A stretch of 64,000 nucleotides of DNA from Balanoglossus misakiensis. Lineage: Eukaryota; Animalia; Hemichordata. The notes beneath the pieces were generated by a model, which worked only from the letters and a program-made list of their open reading frames with translations, had not been told where the DNA came from and did not search any database. Of the stretch, positions 1 through 13,526 are shown one piece after another (position 1 is the first letter of the stretch; each line of letters begins with the position of its first letter). Location: the NCBI GenBank assembly GCA_040954595.2, contig CM082579.2:15538550-15602549 (forward strand), given 5' to 3'. The position numbers and the translations under genes were made by a program.

Positions 1-379
1 GCTGGCAGAGCGCGCGAGAGATGTTGATGTCATCAGCGGACACCGGAAGTGCACTTCAATACATCCTCAATCACTGCCGCAAATACTCAAATAAAATAAA
101 ATACAAAATATACTGCAGTAGAGTACCTCAGATTTGATATAAATGAGACATAGCAAACATTTTTGAGTAATTACTTTTGTTAGCAAAAAAAAGGAAAGAT
201 AAAGGCACATTGTGATGATTTTTGACAGTTTGCTCGGAAATAAATTTTTCGTACGAGGATACCCACAAGTCATTGCGTGATTTGTTCTATATAAGGGTGC
301 CGACCTTGCGGGAAATATAAACAATCTGTTTTGCAAACATAGCGTACAAGTACTATCCTATCCAGTCTCCGCAAACATC

Positions 380-2724
380 ATGCCGTCACCACGAGTCATC
401 AACGAGTTGACGTCGTCTTCACCAAGTGGTAGCTGCGATCGTGTTGAAGACGAAATGATGACCATCAGTAGAAGCGAATTTCAACGTCTTTTGAAAAACC
501 AGGAAGAAATGTTAAAGAAGCAGCGCCTACTAGAAGAAAAACTTAGTACCGAAACAAACGCTAGAAGGAAGATCAGGCCATCCGTGAGAGTGAAGGTAAG
601 AATATATGTTTTATACGGGACATTGTTTTGGGCAACGGGTCATTCTGGTCAACCAGTTGTTTTTTCCTTTTCGGCCCAGGTCGTTTCATCCGATTGTTAC
701 AACCAGGACACTGTTTAATTTCTACACTAACCAGCGTAGCCCTGCGCACAGGTCTGTGTTTGCGGCGTTTACTCAACCGTGTAACGCCGGAAACACAACC
801 TGCACATGTACGCTGGGCTATTTGTGACGCTAGCTTAGCAGATCGGGCTAGCCACGGTTACTAGAGTTTCCCAACCGTCTCTTTCTAGTAACCGTGGGCT
901 AGCTTACCTATTTGTGACGCTAGCTTAGATCGGGCCATATGATCGGGCTAGGAAAATTGGAAACATATCGTCCGCTCGCACAGGTCGTATTACGAGTATT
1001 CCCAAGTCTGGGCCGAAACAACCGGGTCGTGAGAATTGGAGGCCAAAATCGACGAAAATGTTAGTGGCCACCGTTTATTTTTGCCACGGTTGCAGTAGGG
1101 TACGCCAGCCGCAAAAAATAGATCACCGAATAAAGTCATGACCCTTGACATTTGCTGTGGCGCGAGTGAACACATTGCCTGGGTCCTGGGAATGTTTATC
1201 ATGTGTGAAGAATAAACTGCTCAGTTCAATACATACCCTATCCTGTTGATTGATCCCAGGTGTTTCTTTTCACCTTTGACATTTGCTCATGGTGGCTAAC
1301 ACACTACCTGGGAATGTTTACTGTGATGATAATCATGTGTGAAGAATAAACTACCATTTAAGATATTGTACTTGTTGAGCTCAAGTCTGATATCTGTTGT
1401 CTTTTATTGCAGAAAGCAGTTCATGATGTTTACAATGGGCTTGTAGAAAATGACAAGAATTGGGACACAACAAAGCCGTAAGTATTTCAATCACAAAGCA
1501 CACATAGGCGTGCAATTTTGCCAACATATCCATGTATCATTGATTGTGAATATAACCTTTATTTTAAATGAGTTCATCTTGCCGTTGGAATGCCAACCAT
1601 ATAAAGCCAGAGTGTAGCAGTAAATATTTGAATGCAGCTTCATATGTTTTGTTTTATTTTGGTATTGGTACTGTTTGGTGTGGAGGGGTCTGACTGTTGC
1701 TAACATCATTTCTTTCAGATTTGGTCATCAAGTTAATAGAGAAGTTAATGAAGAAATCAAGAAAGCTGTTAAAAATCAACTGAATGAGGAGGAAGCAGTT
1801 ATTCAGGGTGAGTTTATTTTTATGGTACTTGCTAGTATTCTGGTTATATAATGCCTCCTGCTGTGTCTTAAAGAGGAAATCAAATGTAGATGGGGTGTTA
1901 AGAAACATAATTTTCAGAATATATTTCACTTGTATTAATCCAGTTGCCTCAACTTCTTTTTTTTAGTTGCAATGAGGACATACTTCTTTACCAAAAGAAA
2001 AGAAAAGAAGAGACAGACTTCTGGAAAAGCAGACATATTCAGAGTCAAACAGGCCAGAAGGCAAAGGAAGCAGCAGGTAATGTGACACTATTGTGCTTAT
2101 TGACATCGATTCAATGTACATATTAGTTAAATAATTCAAGATCTCATAACCTTCGAAAGCAATGCTTATAAATTGTCAAATGACATGAAATACTAATCCA
2201 GTGTGGTGCTGGTAACTTTTTAGTGGATATTTTATTGTTAGTAGCCGATCAGGACAACCCAGAAATAAGTTTCACTGCCAAACATTGTAGGAAGGCATGT
2301 ACAATGTATGGAAAAATAAATACATGTATATATTTTTTTCTTCCAGAAACTAACAAGGAGAAGGGAAATTCTAAACAAATCTACATCTATAGAAGAGGAC
2401 CAGAGACAGAAATTGAAAGCTGTCATGTCAACTCAATACATGTCCAGCGAGGATACAGATTCATTCGCAGAGTTTTCATCATCTGATGATGATGACTTGA
2501 GGGTCACCAGAAAGGCCAAGCCACTGAGAAGGAGACGATTGCTATGGCGGTCAAAGTTTGTCAATGAAGCATTCTCACTGCTCGACAAAAGGCACGAAAA
2601 AAGGTTAAACAAAATGGGGGGTGGGTTTATTCACGAAAGGAGGGATGGGATAGGGTCGGACAGGCCTGTGCCTGAAGGTGCACCAAGTTGGGCAGTGAAG
2701 GAGTCTTACATTGACAAACTTTGA
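380..2724 (+). CDS. Five-exon gene, ~285 aa, C14orf93/DUF4616-like basic protein (exons 380-595, 1413-1477, 1719-1807, 1967-2076, 2347-2724)
   Basis: GT..AG introns with pyrimidine tracts join in phase (0,2,1,0) into an 858-nt stop-free frame ending TGA 2724. Product has RRQRKQQKLTRR, YMSSEDTDS, RRLLWRS..LD and RxxGxxSDRPVP..APSWAV motifs resembling the C14orf93/DUF4616 family (recognised from memory). Confidence 0.7.
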
Positions 2725-3045
2725 TCGCCATGTGAGAGGCTCCTTCTCAGTGTTGCTGGTTCCTTTCATTTTGTTTAATATTGTATCATTTATTTTGTAC
2801 TGTTTTTATTGATTATACTTGTTGTCTGCCATATTTTTTCTATATAAACTTTTTAACTTATTTTTATTGTATTGCCAACCTTTCTTTCAAGTGTATTTTT
2901 CAGTTATATTATTTATTTGTAAACTTCCCTTTTGTATTTGAATTAAATATGTTAATTTTAGAACTTTTGCTTTAATTGCATTTTTCCTGGTTGTAAGTGT
3001 GTGTCTGATGGGAGTTACCATGTGCAGTGCTGACAGATGGGTTGA

Positions 3046-4068
3046 CCAACTTTTGAACCCCCTGTTGTACACTACTGAAAGTAGCTGCTTTTGGAATGCT
3101 GGCAAATGTGGTTATTTTGACAACATTTGTCTAGGTTAAAATATGGGAGCATACATGACCACCTTTGCCCAACTTTTGAACCCCCTGTTGTACACTACTG
3201 AAAGTAGCTGCTTTTGGAACGCTGGCAAATGTGGTTATTTTGACAACATTTGTCTAGGTTAAAATATGGAGCATACATGACCACCTTTGCCCAACTTTTG
3301 AACCCCCTGTTGTACACTACTGAAAGTAGCTGCTTTTGGAACGCTGGCAAATGTGGTTATTTTGACAACATTTGTCTAGGTTAAAATATGGAGCATACAT
3401 GACCACTTTTGCCCAACTTTTGAACCCCCTGTTGTACACTACTGAAAGTAGCTGCTTTTGGAACGCTGGCAAATGTGGTTATTTTGACAACATTTGTCTA
3501 GGTTAAAATATGGAGCATACATGACCACCTTTGCCCAACTTTTGAACCCCCTGTTGTACACTACTGAAAGTAGCTGCTTTTGGAACGCTGGCAAATGTGG
3601 TTATTTTGACAACATTTGTCTAGGTTAAAATATGGGAGCATACATGACCACCTTTGCCCAACTTTTGAACCCCCTGTTGTACACTACTGAAAGTAGCTGC
3701 TTTTGGAACGCTGGCAAATGTGGTTATTTTGACAACATTTGTCTAGGTTAAAATATGGAGCATACATGACCACCTTTGCCCAACTTTTGAACCCCCTGTT
3801 GTACACTACTGAAAGTAGCTGCTTTTGGAACGCTGGCAAATGTGGTTATTTTGACAACATTTGTCTAGGTTAAAATATGGAGCATACATGACCACTTTTG
3901 CCCAACTTTTGAACCCCCTGTTGTACACTACTGAAAGTAGCTGCTTTTGGAACGCTGGCAAATGTGGTTATTTTGACAACATTTGTCTAGGTTAAAATAT
4001 GGGAGCATACATGACCACCTTTGCCCAACTTTTGAACCCCCTGTTGTACACTACTGAAAGTAGCTGCT
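3046..4068. repeat. Tandem repeat, 122-123 bp unit, ~8.4 near-identical copies
   Basis: ccaacttttgaaccccctgttgtacactactgaaagtagctgc recurs at 3046, 3169, 3291, 3413 and onward. Confidence 0.97.
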
Positions 4069-4463
4069 TGTTCACTGTGTGTGTATAAGGTTACAAGTAC
4101 TGCTTTTACCAGATGTGATAATGCCATGAATATGCTGTGTATATGATGTCCTATGTCCAACAGTTTACGCCTTTGTAAATATTGAATCAGAATTGCCTTT
4201 ATGGTGTAGAAAAAGTACCTAAGGATATTACAGTTTGCCTGTATGTAAAAGCTGAAAGAAAGTAAGACACATCTTCACATATTTACTCCCTTTTCCATAA
4301 TCATCAAACGTGGTACTTATATTTCCTGCACCCAGGTAGTCAAACACATGGAAAAGGTACAAATGTGAACAGAGAAATAGGAGGTACTATGCGGTCAAAG
4401 ATATTACTTTAACATCTTTTACCTGGTACTTTGCCCACCCTGTTAAATATGTTTTTTGGTACA

Positions 4464-4718
4464 GTGATACCCAGTTTAAAACAAATCCCTCAACTTGGAA
4501 AAGTTGTCGCTGTAAACTCAGAAGAGGAAACATTTCAGCTGCATTGGTATTCAGGTTCTTGGTCTGCTTTGTGGAAACCAGCCTTTTGTGGAGCGGGCCG
4601 AAACAGAAAGCCAAATGTTGAAACTGTGTGGATACAATCTGCCATTTTTTGGGATTTTCAGTTAACACAAGGCAGTGTACTACCCAAAGCCACACAAACA
4701 ACATTGAAGGAACGCTAA
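4464..4718 (+). pseudogene. Probable coding exon/fragment of a small Trp-rich beta-domain protein (PQLGKVVAV..LHWYSGSW..WKP..WDFQLT)
   Basis: Protein-like translation after a tttttggtacag acceptor; upstream part unclear or frameshifted. Confidence 0.4.
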
Positions 4719-5568
4719 CATGAAGCACAGCAAGAGATGGTAGAAAGTGACTGAAAACAACAGACAACAGACTCCACTCACTGGTCTTGAAACAGATTTC
4801 AATGCCTATTATTGTGGGGGAGGGGGTATCAAAGTGTAATTTGGTATATATGTCGCCAGGCGATTGGTATCTCAATACGTTTTTTTCACCAACCATTAGA
4901 TGCATGATTTTGCTGAAAATCAAACCGTAGGACTTTATAAACTTTATCTTCAGAACATTAAAGACAGGTCTTCCCAAATGCATCTTATATATTTAGCGTA
5001 CAGTGAAGCCACTGTGAAGTCTGGCATAGACAACCAAGTTCCATATGTCATTTTAATATCAAACACGAATTTCAATCTGTACGAAATTTATATTGTATTA
5101 TGTGAAATATTTAATCTTTTGTTGAGCTAAAATTCACACTTGGCTCAGTTATGCCAAACATGTGATAAATTTCATACCAGTACTGACCAAAGTTGTCGTG
5201 TGAAAGTCCAACAGTCCTACAAATTGTTCAAGTACACGTATATATAATAATGAATCCCATGGCATGTACATATTTTATAATGATTTTGCAGTGTACAAAT
5301 TCTGAACAAAGGGGACACATCTCATTTACAGTGTTTTTACAGATGCTAAAGTAGTCAAGAGGTTTGCAATTAAAGACATTTGAGACTCATACAAAAGTAA
5401 AGCTTATAAGATATGACTGACATTTTTAATATTTTAATGATTGTATTTCTTTATATATATATATATATATATTACTGGTCATTTACCTTTCTAGCAGTGT
5501 TTTATAAATAAATAAGTGTGTGATACAATTTTAAAACATGTATTATGTTTGTTATTTTGTCAGAAAAT

Positions 5569-6130
5569 TATCCAGTAGCATTGAAGGCCACTTCCATCGT
5601 GACCCTCTATCCAGTAGCATTGAAGGCCACTTCCATCGTGACCCTCTATCTCTATCCAGTAGCATTGAAGGCCACTTCCATCGTGACCCTCTATCCAGTA
5701 GCATTGAAGGCCACTTCCATCGTGACCCTCTATCCAGTAGCATTGAAGGCCACTTCCATCGTGACCCTCTATCCAGTAGCATTGAAGGCCACTTCCATCG
5801 TGACCCTCTATCCAGTAGCATTGGGGGCCACTTCCATCGTGACCCTCTATCCAGTAGCATTGAGGGCCACTTCCATTGTGACCCTCTATCTCTATCCAGT
5901 AGCATTGAAGGCCACTTCCATCGTGACCCTCTATCCAGTAGCATTGAAGGCCACTTCCATCGTGACCCTCTATCCAGTAGCATTGAAGGCCACTTCCATC
6001 GTGACCCTCTATCCAGTAGCATTGAAGGCCACTTCCATCGTGACCCTCTATCCAGTAGCATTGAAGGCCACTTCCATCGTGACCCTCTATCCAGTAGCAT
6101 TGAGGGCCACTTCCATCGTGACCCTCTATC
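5569..6130. repeat. 39-bp minisatellite, 14 copies (two 45-bp variants)
   Basis: tatccagtagcattgaaggccacttccatcgtgaccctc repeated; extra 6 bp in units 2 and 8. Confidence 0.97.
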
Positions 6131-6420
6131 AAGCTATTATGTTGCATATTTCTGTGTGTATTTTGAAAATACACAATCTTTTGTATAATTGGACAAATAT
6201 GAGCAAAAAAGCATGAACTGTCTTTTTGTAAATGTAACTGCTGTTAATTTCTTCATTTTATCATATTCTGTTATGTCTGTTTGTTATAAATGTTGCAATT
6301 CACAAAATTTTCATTAAAAAAGCAAGAGCTACCAACAAAGTACTGCAGCTTCAGTCAAATACAAAGATTTTATATGCATTTTGCCTATATCCAATTATCC
6401 CAAAATATTTCCAATCGTGT

Positions 6421-9400
6421 TAAATGAAGAGAGTTATTTTGATTTGGGAAAACAGATACGCTTAGTACCTCAATTTAATGAGGATGATATAGATAAATAT
6501 TTCCAACATTTTGAGCGTGTCGCCAATAGTTTGAAATGGCCTAAGGATAAGTGGCCTTTGTTGTTGCAAAGTGTTTTGAAAGGTAAAGCTCAAGAAGCAT
6601 ACTCGAATTTGTCCCCTGATGAGTATGTCGATTATGAGGCAGTTAAAACTGCTATTTTGAAAGCGTATGAGTTGGTGCCGGAGGCATATCGACAGAAATT
6701 TAGAAATTTGCAGAAGTCGAGTCGTACTCATGTTGAATTTGCCCATTTGAAAGAGGTGTATTTTGACCGATGGTGCCGTGCTAAAGATGTTGGAAACGAT
6801 TTTGATAAATTGAAACAGTTAATTTTGATTGAAGAATTTAAGAGTTGCGTGCATGATGAAATCAAAACATATTTAGATGAAAGAGATATTGAGTCATTGC
6901 ATAAAGCTGCCACAATGTCTGATGATTTTGCATTGACACATAAACTTTCTTCTTACAGAGGTAAAGACCATGGACCGGGTAGGGCAACAGCGTCAGCGAC
7001 TGTCGCCAATGCTGGAGGGTATAAACCAAATTATTCAAAACCTCCCATTCAGGTAAATCGTACAAGTGGATCAAATTTTAATCATCAGAATAAATTGAAA
7101 ATTGGCTCGAGCCCTCCCATATGCCATTATTGTAAGAAACCGGGGCACTTAATGTCGACATGTCCTATGTTTCCTCAGTGTTCATATTGCCAAAAGAGGG
7201 GACACACAAGAAATGAATGTTTGCTTTTGAAACGGGCACAGCAAAATGTAGCGTCGCCTAATGCTTTTGTGTCTGCTTGTCCAAAAGTTGTTTCGGAAGC
7301 TTTATCAAGTCGTATTGATGAAATTAGAAAACCCGTAATTAGAAAGGAATTTCAGCCCTTTGTTACAGATGGGTTTGTGTCAGTTGTTGGGGGAAAACCT
7401 ATGCCCATTCGGATCTTGCGGGACACAGGTGCAACCCAGTCTTTGCTGTTAGAAGGAATTTTGCCTGTTGATTCTGGGACGGATACTGGGGAGCAAGTTA
7501 TTATACAAGGTATTGAGGGAAATTTCCTTACGGTACCTCTTCATCGAGTAGTCCTTGATTCAAGTTTGGTGTCTGGTCCTGTAGTGGTGGGGATTCGACC
7601 GTCATTGCCGATTAAAGGTATATCTTTGTTGCTAGGCAATGATTTGGCCGGAGGTCGGGTCATTGCTGATCCTAAATTGGTGTTTGGTCCAGTTACGTCT
7701 GCCGAAACCGAAAAGCTGGAGAATGACATTCCCGGTATTTTTCCTGCTTGTGCCGTAACACGTTCTCAGGTCAAGCACATGAACAAAGAAGCGCATAATT
7801 TAGAATCGATGTCTGATGATCTTGATTTGTCTGAGACTTTTATGGGAAAGTTGATTTCGAATGTTGTAGACAATGAAAGTTTATTGAAAGTTGATGATAA
7901 TGTTTCGAAAACGTCAGTCGATAAAGTTGATTCGAAAATGTCGCTGTCTCGTGAGAAATTGATATCAGAACAGAGAAAAGATTCCGATCTTGCTCCACTG
8001 TTTGAAGTGGTTTTGTCTGTCGATGAGTTGAAAAAGGTTCCAAGGGGTTACTTTGTGAATCAGGGAGTACTGATGAGAAAATGGCGTCCTCCCACTGAGC
8101 CTGCGTCGAATGAATGGTCGGTATTGTACCAAATTGTTGTTCCTGAAAGTTATCGATCTCAGATTTTGGGATTGGCCCATGAGGGTCCAATGGGTGGACA
8201 CTTGGGTGTTTCCAAGACTATGTGGAAAATTACTCGACATTTCTATTGGCCAAAAAGTAGAAAGAGCGTTGCTGATTATTGCAGAAATTGTCATGTTTGT
8301 CAGTTGGTCGGAAAACCTAATCAATCTGTTCCTGTCGCTCCGTTGAAACCCATCCCTGCCTTCGATGAACCGTTTAGTAAGATTCTGATTGATTGTGTAG
8401 GGCCTCTGCCAAAAACTAGATCTAGGAATCAGTATTTGCTGACTATTATGTGTATGTCTACGCGTTTTCCTGAGGCGATTCCACTTCGGAACATAACGGC
8501 TCCAGTGATTGCCGGAGCACTGTCACGTTTCTTTGCATGGGTTGGATTTCCACGAGAGATTCAATCTGACCAGGCAACTAATTTTATGTCTGGGTTATTT
8601 CAGCAGCTAGTTTATCACATGGGGATAAATCAGGTTAAATCCAGTGCGTATCATCCAGAGTCGCAGGGGGCTTTAGAGAGGTTCCATTCTACCTTGAAAA
8701 ATATGATTCGAGTGTATTGTTTCAACAATGACAAGGATTGGGACGAAGGGGTGCATTTGTTGCTTTTTGCAGTTCGAGAGTCTGTTCAGGAGTCGTTGGG
8801 GTTTAGTCCATTTGAATTGATATTCGGCCATCGAGTGCGCGGTCCTCTTAAATTGCTGAAGGAACAATGGCTTGACGACAGTCCATCGGGTATGACCTTG
8901 TTGAAGTATGTGTCCACATTTAAATCCAGACTCAGTGAGGCATGTGAACTTGCTCGAGCTAATTTGAAATCATCCCAAAATAAAATGAAACACTTGTACG
9001 ATAGGGTAGCGAAGAGTCGCGCCTTTAAACCTGGTGACAAAGTATTAGCGTTGTTGCCCATAACCGGAAATGCTTTGAGCGCACGTTTTCATGGTCCGTA
9101 TAAAATTCTAGAGAAGGTTGATGATGTAAATTATGTAATTGAAACTCCTGATCGTCGAAAGGCGACACAATTATGTCATATAAACATGTTAAAGCTTTAT
9201 CGTAATGAAAACCATGTACATAATGTATTGCCTATAATGTCTCCAGAAGTAGATCATGAAACAGACTCGACATATGTAGCAGTTGCTGACGTTAAGAGCG
9301 ACCATGATGTAAAATTGAAAAACTCAGAGCTGTTGAGTAATCGGGATACTTTATTGGGGCATTTGTCACCTGACCACAGGAAAGATATTAGTCAGTTATT

Positions 9401-10743
9401 AGATAAGTATGTCGATTTGTTTCCTGATGTGCCGAAGAGGACTAATGTGTGTTTTCATGATGTAGATGTGGGAAATGCCAGACCCATCAAACAACATCCA
9501 TATCGGGTGAACCCTGAGAAGCTTGAGAAAATTCGGGGTGAAATTAAGTATATGTTGAATAATGATATCATCGAAACTAGCAATAGCTGTTGGGCTTCGC
9601 CATGTCTTTTGGTGGATAAGCCTGATGGCGGTGTAAGATTTTGTACTGATTATAGGAAAGTTAATGCCATCACCAGAACTGAATCTTATCCCATCCCTCG
9701 GATTGATGACTGTATAGATCGCATTGGTAAAGCACAGTATATAACTACTTTAGACTTGCTTAAAGGTTATTGGTGTGTTCCATTGACTGAAAGAGCCAAG
9801 GAGATATCTGCTTTTGCCACACCAGATGGTTTGTATCAGTATAAAGTTATGCCTTTTGGCATGAAAAATTCTGGAGCTACTTTTCAACGAATGATGAATT
9901 CATGTGTAGAAGGGATGAAAGAAACAGATCCCTATATCGATGACATTGCCTCATATGGTGGTGTACTTTGGTCTGAACATGTAGCATCACTTGACAAATT
10001 GTTTGACCGATTGCGACGAGATAACTTGACTGTAAATTTGAGTAAATGTCAATTCGGAAAGGCTAAAGTTAGGTATTTAGGCCATATTGTGGGGGGGAGG
10101 TGAAGTGGCTCCTCTTACTGCTAAGATTAAAGATATTGTTGAATATCCGGTGCCAGTAAATCGACGTGGTTTAATGCGTTTCTTGGGGATGGCCGGTTAC
10201 TACAGGAAATTTTGTAGAAACTTTTCTGAAGTGGCCGCCCCTCTAACCAATTTGTTAAAGAAGGGCAGAAAATTTGAATGGTCTTCGTCATGTCAGATAT
10301 CATTTGACAAAGTCAAATCGTTGCTGTGTACTGTACCAGTGTTGAAAGCACCCGACTTTACCAAACCATTCGCATTGAATGTAGACGCGAGTGACGTGGG
10401 AGCTGGGGCTGTATTACTTCAATTTGATGGTGCTAAGGTGGCACACCCAGTTGCTTATTTTTCTAGGAAATTTAATTCTTGTCAACAGAATTACTCTACT
10501 ATCGAGAAGGAAGCCCTTGCTTTAGTCTTAGCAGTTCAGCACTTTGAAATCTATGTAACTTCATCTGGGAAACCCGTTGTAGTTTTTACAGACCATAATC
10601 CGCTGGTATTCTTGCATAAGATGAGAAATAAGAATCGACGATTGTTTAATTGGAGTTTGTTGTTACAAGAATATGACTTGGAGATTAGGCACATTCGGGG
10701 AAAAGATAATGTATGCGCCGATGCTTTATCCCGTATGTATTAA
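6421..10743 (+). CDS. Gag-Pol polyprotein (Gag-PR-INT-RT-RNaseH); N-terminus missing, one +1 frameshift in G-run 10091-10097
   Basis: ORFs 6381-10103 and 10087-10743. INT HHCC, DCVGPLP/SDQ/LERF triad, GPY motif; RT PYIDD; RH DASD..EKE..TDH..ADALSR. Removing one G fuses the two ORFs. Confidence 0.9.
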
Positions 10744-10919
10744 TTAACTGTAATTGACTGGTGTATATATCTCTCATGAAAGATATATTTTGCTACTTAA
10801 GAGGAAAATATTTAAAGTTGTAAAAAAGAAAAGTATATATTGTATTTGTAAATCTAGAGTTAGAATTCTTAGAAATTTTGGAATCTTCAATACCAAAATT
10901 TCTTGTTCTGGAAGGGGGG

Positions 10920-11653
10920 TGTGACGATATTCTGTGATATAGCATAATTGTATGTACTTGTAATTTTCTCTCTAGAGTTTACGCCCTCGGTGGTGAGATT
11001 TAGTATATTGAATACGTGTGTTTTAGTAGCTTGGGGAGTCTTGAGGACCACCTGGTCTGACTACTTCCTAGGGGATTTGATTTGATGGCAGCCATAGCGT
11101 TTGACGTGTATGATTTTGGATCCATAGACATCCTCCAACCATGTGAGTTTTGACTATCACTTTTCATCTCAACCTGTGGTATATTTTAAGAACCCAACAC
11201 ACTACACTGAATTGATGTCGAAATGTTTTGAAATTGGGCGTTTAGCCGTATGGAACTTTGATCTGTCAATGGACATTGATGGTGTGGAATAAATGTGCGG
11301 TGACGTCTCGGTGTACTTTGGCAAGTGCACGAAGAGTATCTGCGTCGCGGTCAAGTCGGACAGGAGGAAGACCTGGATGAATTACCAGACTCCACATGCA
11401 TGCCAACGAGGACGATGTTTGTCGGACTTTATTTATTAGATTCAAGTTAAGTTAAGATAAGTTAAGATTGTAACGGATTATTTTCATAAGTTTGACCACG
11501 TGGCGTTTTGATTGTCATGTCTGTATATGGTATTTTGATGTACGAGTAATATTTTCATGATTAGTAATTAAATCCCCAGGTGGAATATATTTTCGTAGAT
11601 TTGATCGTTCGATTCGATTTGTCTAGTTCACGTATGGCCGTCGATGCGTGACA
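10920..11653 (+). repeat. 3' LTR (~734 bp) of Gmr1-like element, preceded by PPT ggaagggggg
   Basis: Begins TGTGACG right after the purine tract, ends CGTGACA immediately before satellite sequence aggtcaccgaatt. Confidence 0.8.
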
Positions 11654-13526
11654 AGGTCACCGAATTAATAAAATAAAGAATGTTTTGCCTAAAAATGACC
11701 TTTTTGGTGCAAAAACGAATAAAACGCAATTTTGTATTAAATCAGCTCATTCAGAGTGCATTTTTTATAATCAGCACCATGTTTACATATAATGGAAATT
11801 TCATACATCATTAGATATCCAAATATGAAAAAATGATTTAGATTTTAGATGATTGTCCAAAATTAGCTGATATCTAATAAATGTAGTATTGAACCGTTCT
11901 GTTCCCCCCCTCCCCCCCTACATTATATGCGGTACGCCGATGTGAGCTTACCCGGCAGTACTGCAGGCCGTGCCCCCAACTAACGTCGGTGTTTGAAGCG
12001 CCCTGGTTAAATTCGGGCTTTCTCTATAAATTGACAGGCAATAATGCAGTCCTACCCGAACAAATGTCGAGTGTTGACCCGCTGTGACTTTCCCTCTTCG
12101 GTTTGCCCGACTTAGCCAACGTCTTTGTACTAGAGTGTCGGGTCTTTTGCAGAGCCAGGCCGAAGGAAATCCGAGTAGATCAACGTGGTCTCTGTACGCG
12201 TGTTTCTGCTCTAGAGTGTCGGGTCTTTTGCAGAGCCAGGCCTAAGGAATTCCGACTTGATCAACGTTGCTAACAAACGCTAGTGTCTGTCATGGTGTGC
12301 CGGGGTTTTAGTCGAGCCAGGCCGTAGGAGATCTGACTTGATCATCGTGGTCAATGTACGCGTGTTTCCGCTCTAAAGTGCCGGGGCTTCAGCTGAGCCA
12401 GGCCGTAGGAAACCCGACGTGATTACCGTTGTTAACTTACGCCAGTCTGTGTCCTATATATAGTGCCGGGGCATCAGCCGTGCCTGGCCGAAGGAAATGT
12501 GAGTAGATCAACGTGGTCTCTGTACGCGTGTTTCTGCTCTAGAGTGCCAGGGCTTTAGCCAAGCCATGCCGTAGGAAATCTGACTTGATCAACGTTGCTA
12601 ATGAACGCTAGTGTCTGTCATAGTGTGCCTGGGTTTTAGTCGAGCCAAGCCGTAGGAGATCAGACTTGATCAACGTGGTCTCTGTACGCGTGTTTCTGCT
12701 CTAGAGTGCCTGGGCTTTATCCAAGCCATGCCGTAGAAAATCTGACTTGATCACCATTCCTAACGTACGCTAGTGTCTGTCATGTTGTGTTGGAGATTTA
12801 GCCGAGCCAGGCCGTATAAAAATCGACTTGTTCAAAGTTACCAGTGTGCAACTGTTTCTGCTCTAGAGTGTCAGGGTTTTAGCCGACTTATGCTGTAGGA
12901 AATCTGAGTTGATGAACGGGAATTCAATGTTAGAAAACCCGAGTGGAAAGTATCTCTACCCGTTTGAAACTAAGAAAAGAATTTATTCTTATTTATTTTG
13001 TAAAAAAGACAATTTTCCGAAAAAAAGTCGAAAATGGTAATTTTGTCTTGGGTGATTCAAATTATACTGCCTTTTCTGGAATTTGCAGCACTCTTTATAG
13101 AGAACGACACTTCATGCTCCGTAATATTTCCGAAAATGAAGAAAACAGTTAATGTTTTATGATTTTTTAAAAATTTACCATTTTTGTCAAAATTTGGCCA
13201 AAATGGCTATTTTTTCTTGAATTCCGTCAATATCTCTGCATTTTTGGAGTGGTCGAAAGTTTTAACATACAATCAACATGTCATATATGATCAGGGCACC
13301 AAATTTGAAGAACAAAGGTTTTTTTATTTTTATTTCTAAAAATGACATTTTCAAGGAAAATTTGGTAAAACGCAATTTTGTCTGCAGTGAGCCATATTAG
13401 ACTGTCTTTTTTGGAATTTGTATCGATATATACATACGATAAGCATTTTATACTCCATCAGATTTTCGAAAATGTAGAAAACGGGTATTTTTTGTAATTT
13501 TCAAAAATTTACCATTTTGACCAAAT

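Larger units (their letters stand above)
6421..11653 (+). mobile_element. Gmr1-like Ty3/Gypsy LTR retrotransposon, 5'-truncated
   Basis: Gag (SCAN-like capsid C-terminus, two CCHC knuckles), protease DTGA, integrase, RT, RNase H, then PPT and one LTR; no 5' LTR in the window. Confidence 0.92.

Noticed and set aside
43-50. ETS-like ccggaagt promoter motif
   Set aside because: A single short motif is insufficient to call a promoter.
3046-6130. CRISPR-like appearance of short repeats
   Set aside because: No unique spacers, no cas genes, eukaryotic context.
5538-6216. Four overlapping repetitive ORFs (SSSIEGHFHRDPL etc.)
   Set aside because: By-product of a 39-bp unit that is stop-free in several frames on both strands; no coding evidence.
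10087-10103. Programmed ribosomal frameshift in Gmr1 pol
   Set aside because: Lies inside RT in a G7 run; a single-base slip or sequencing error is simpler.
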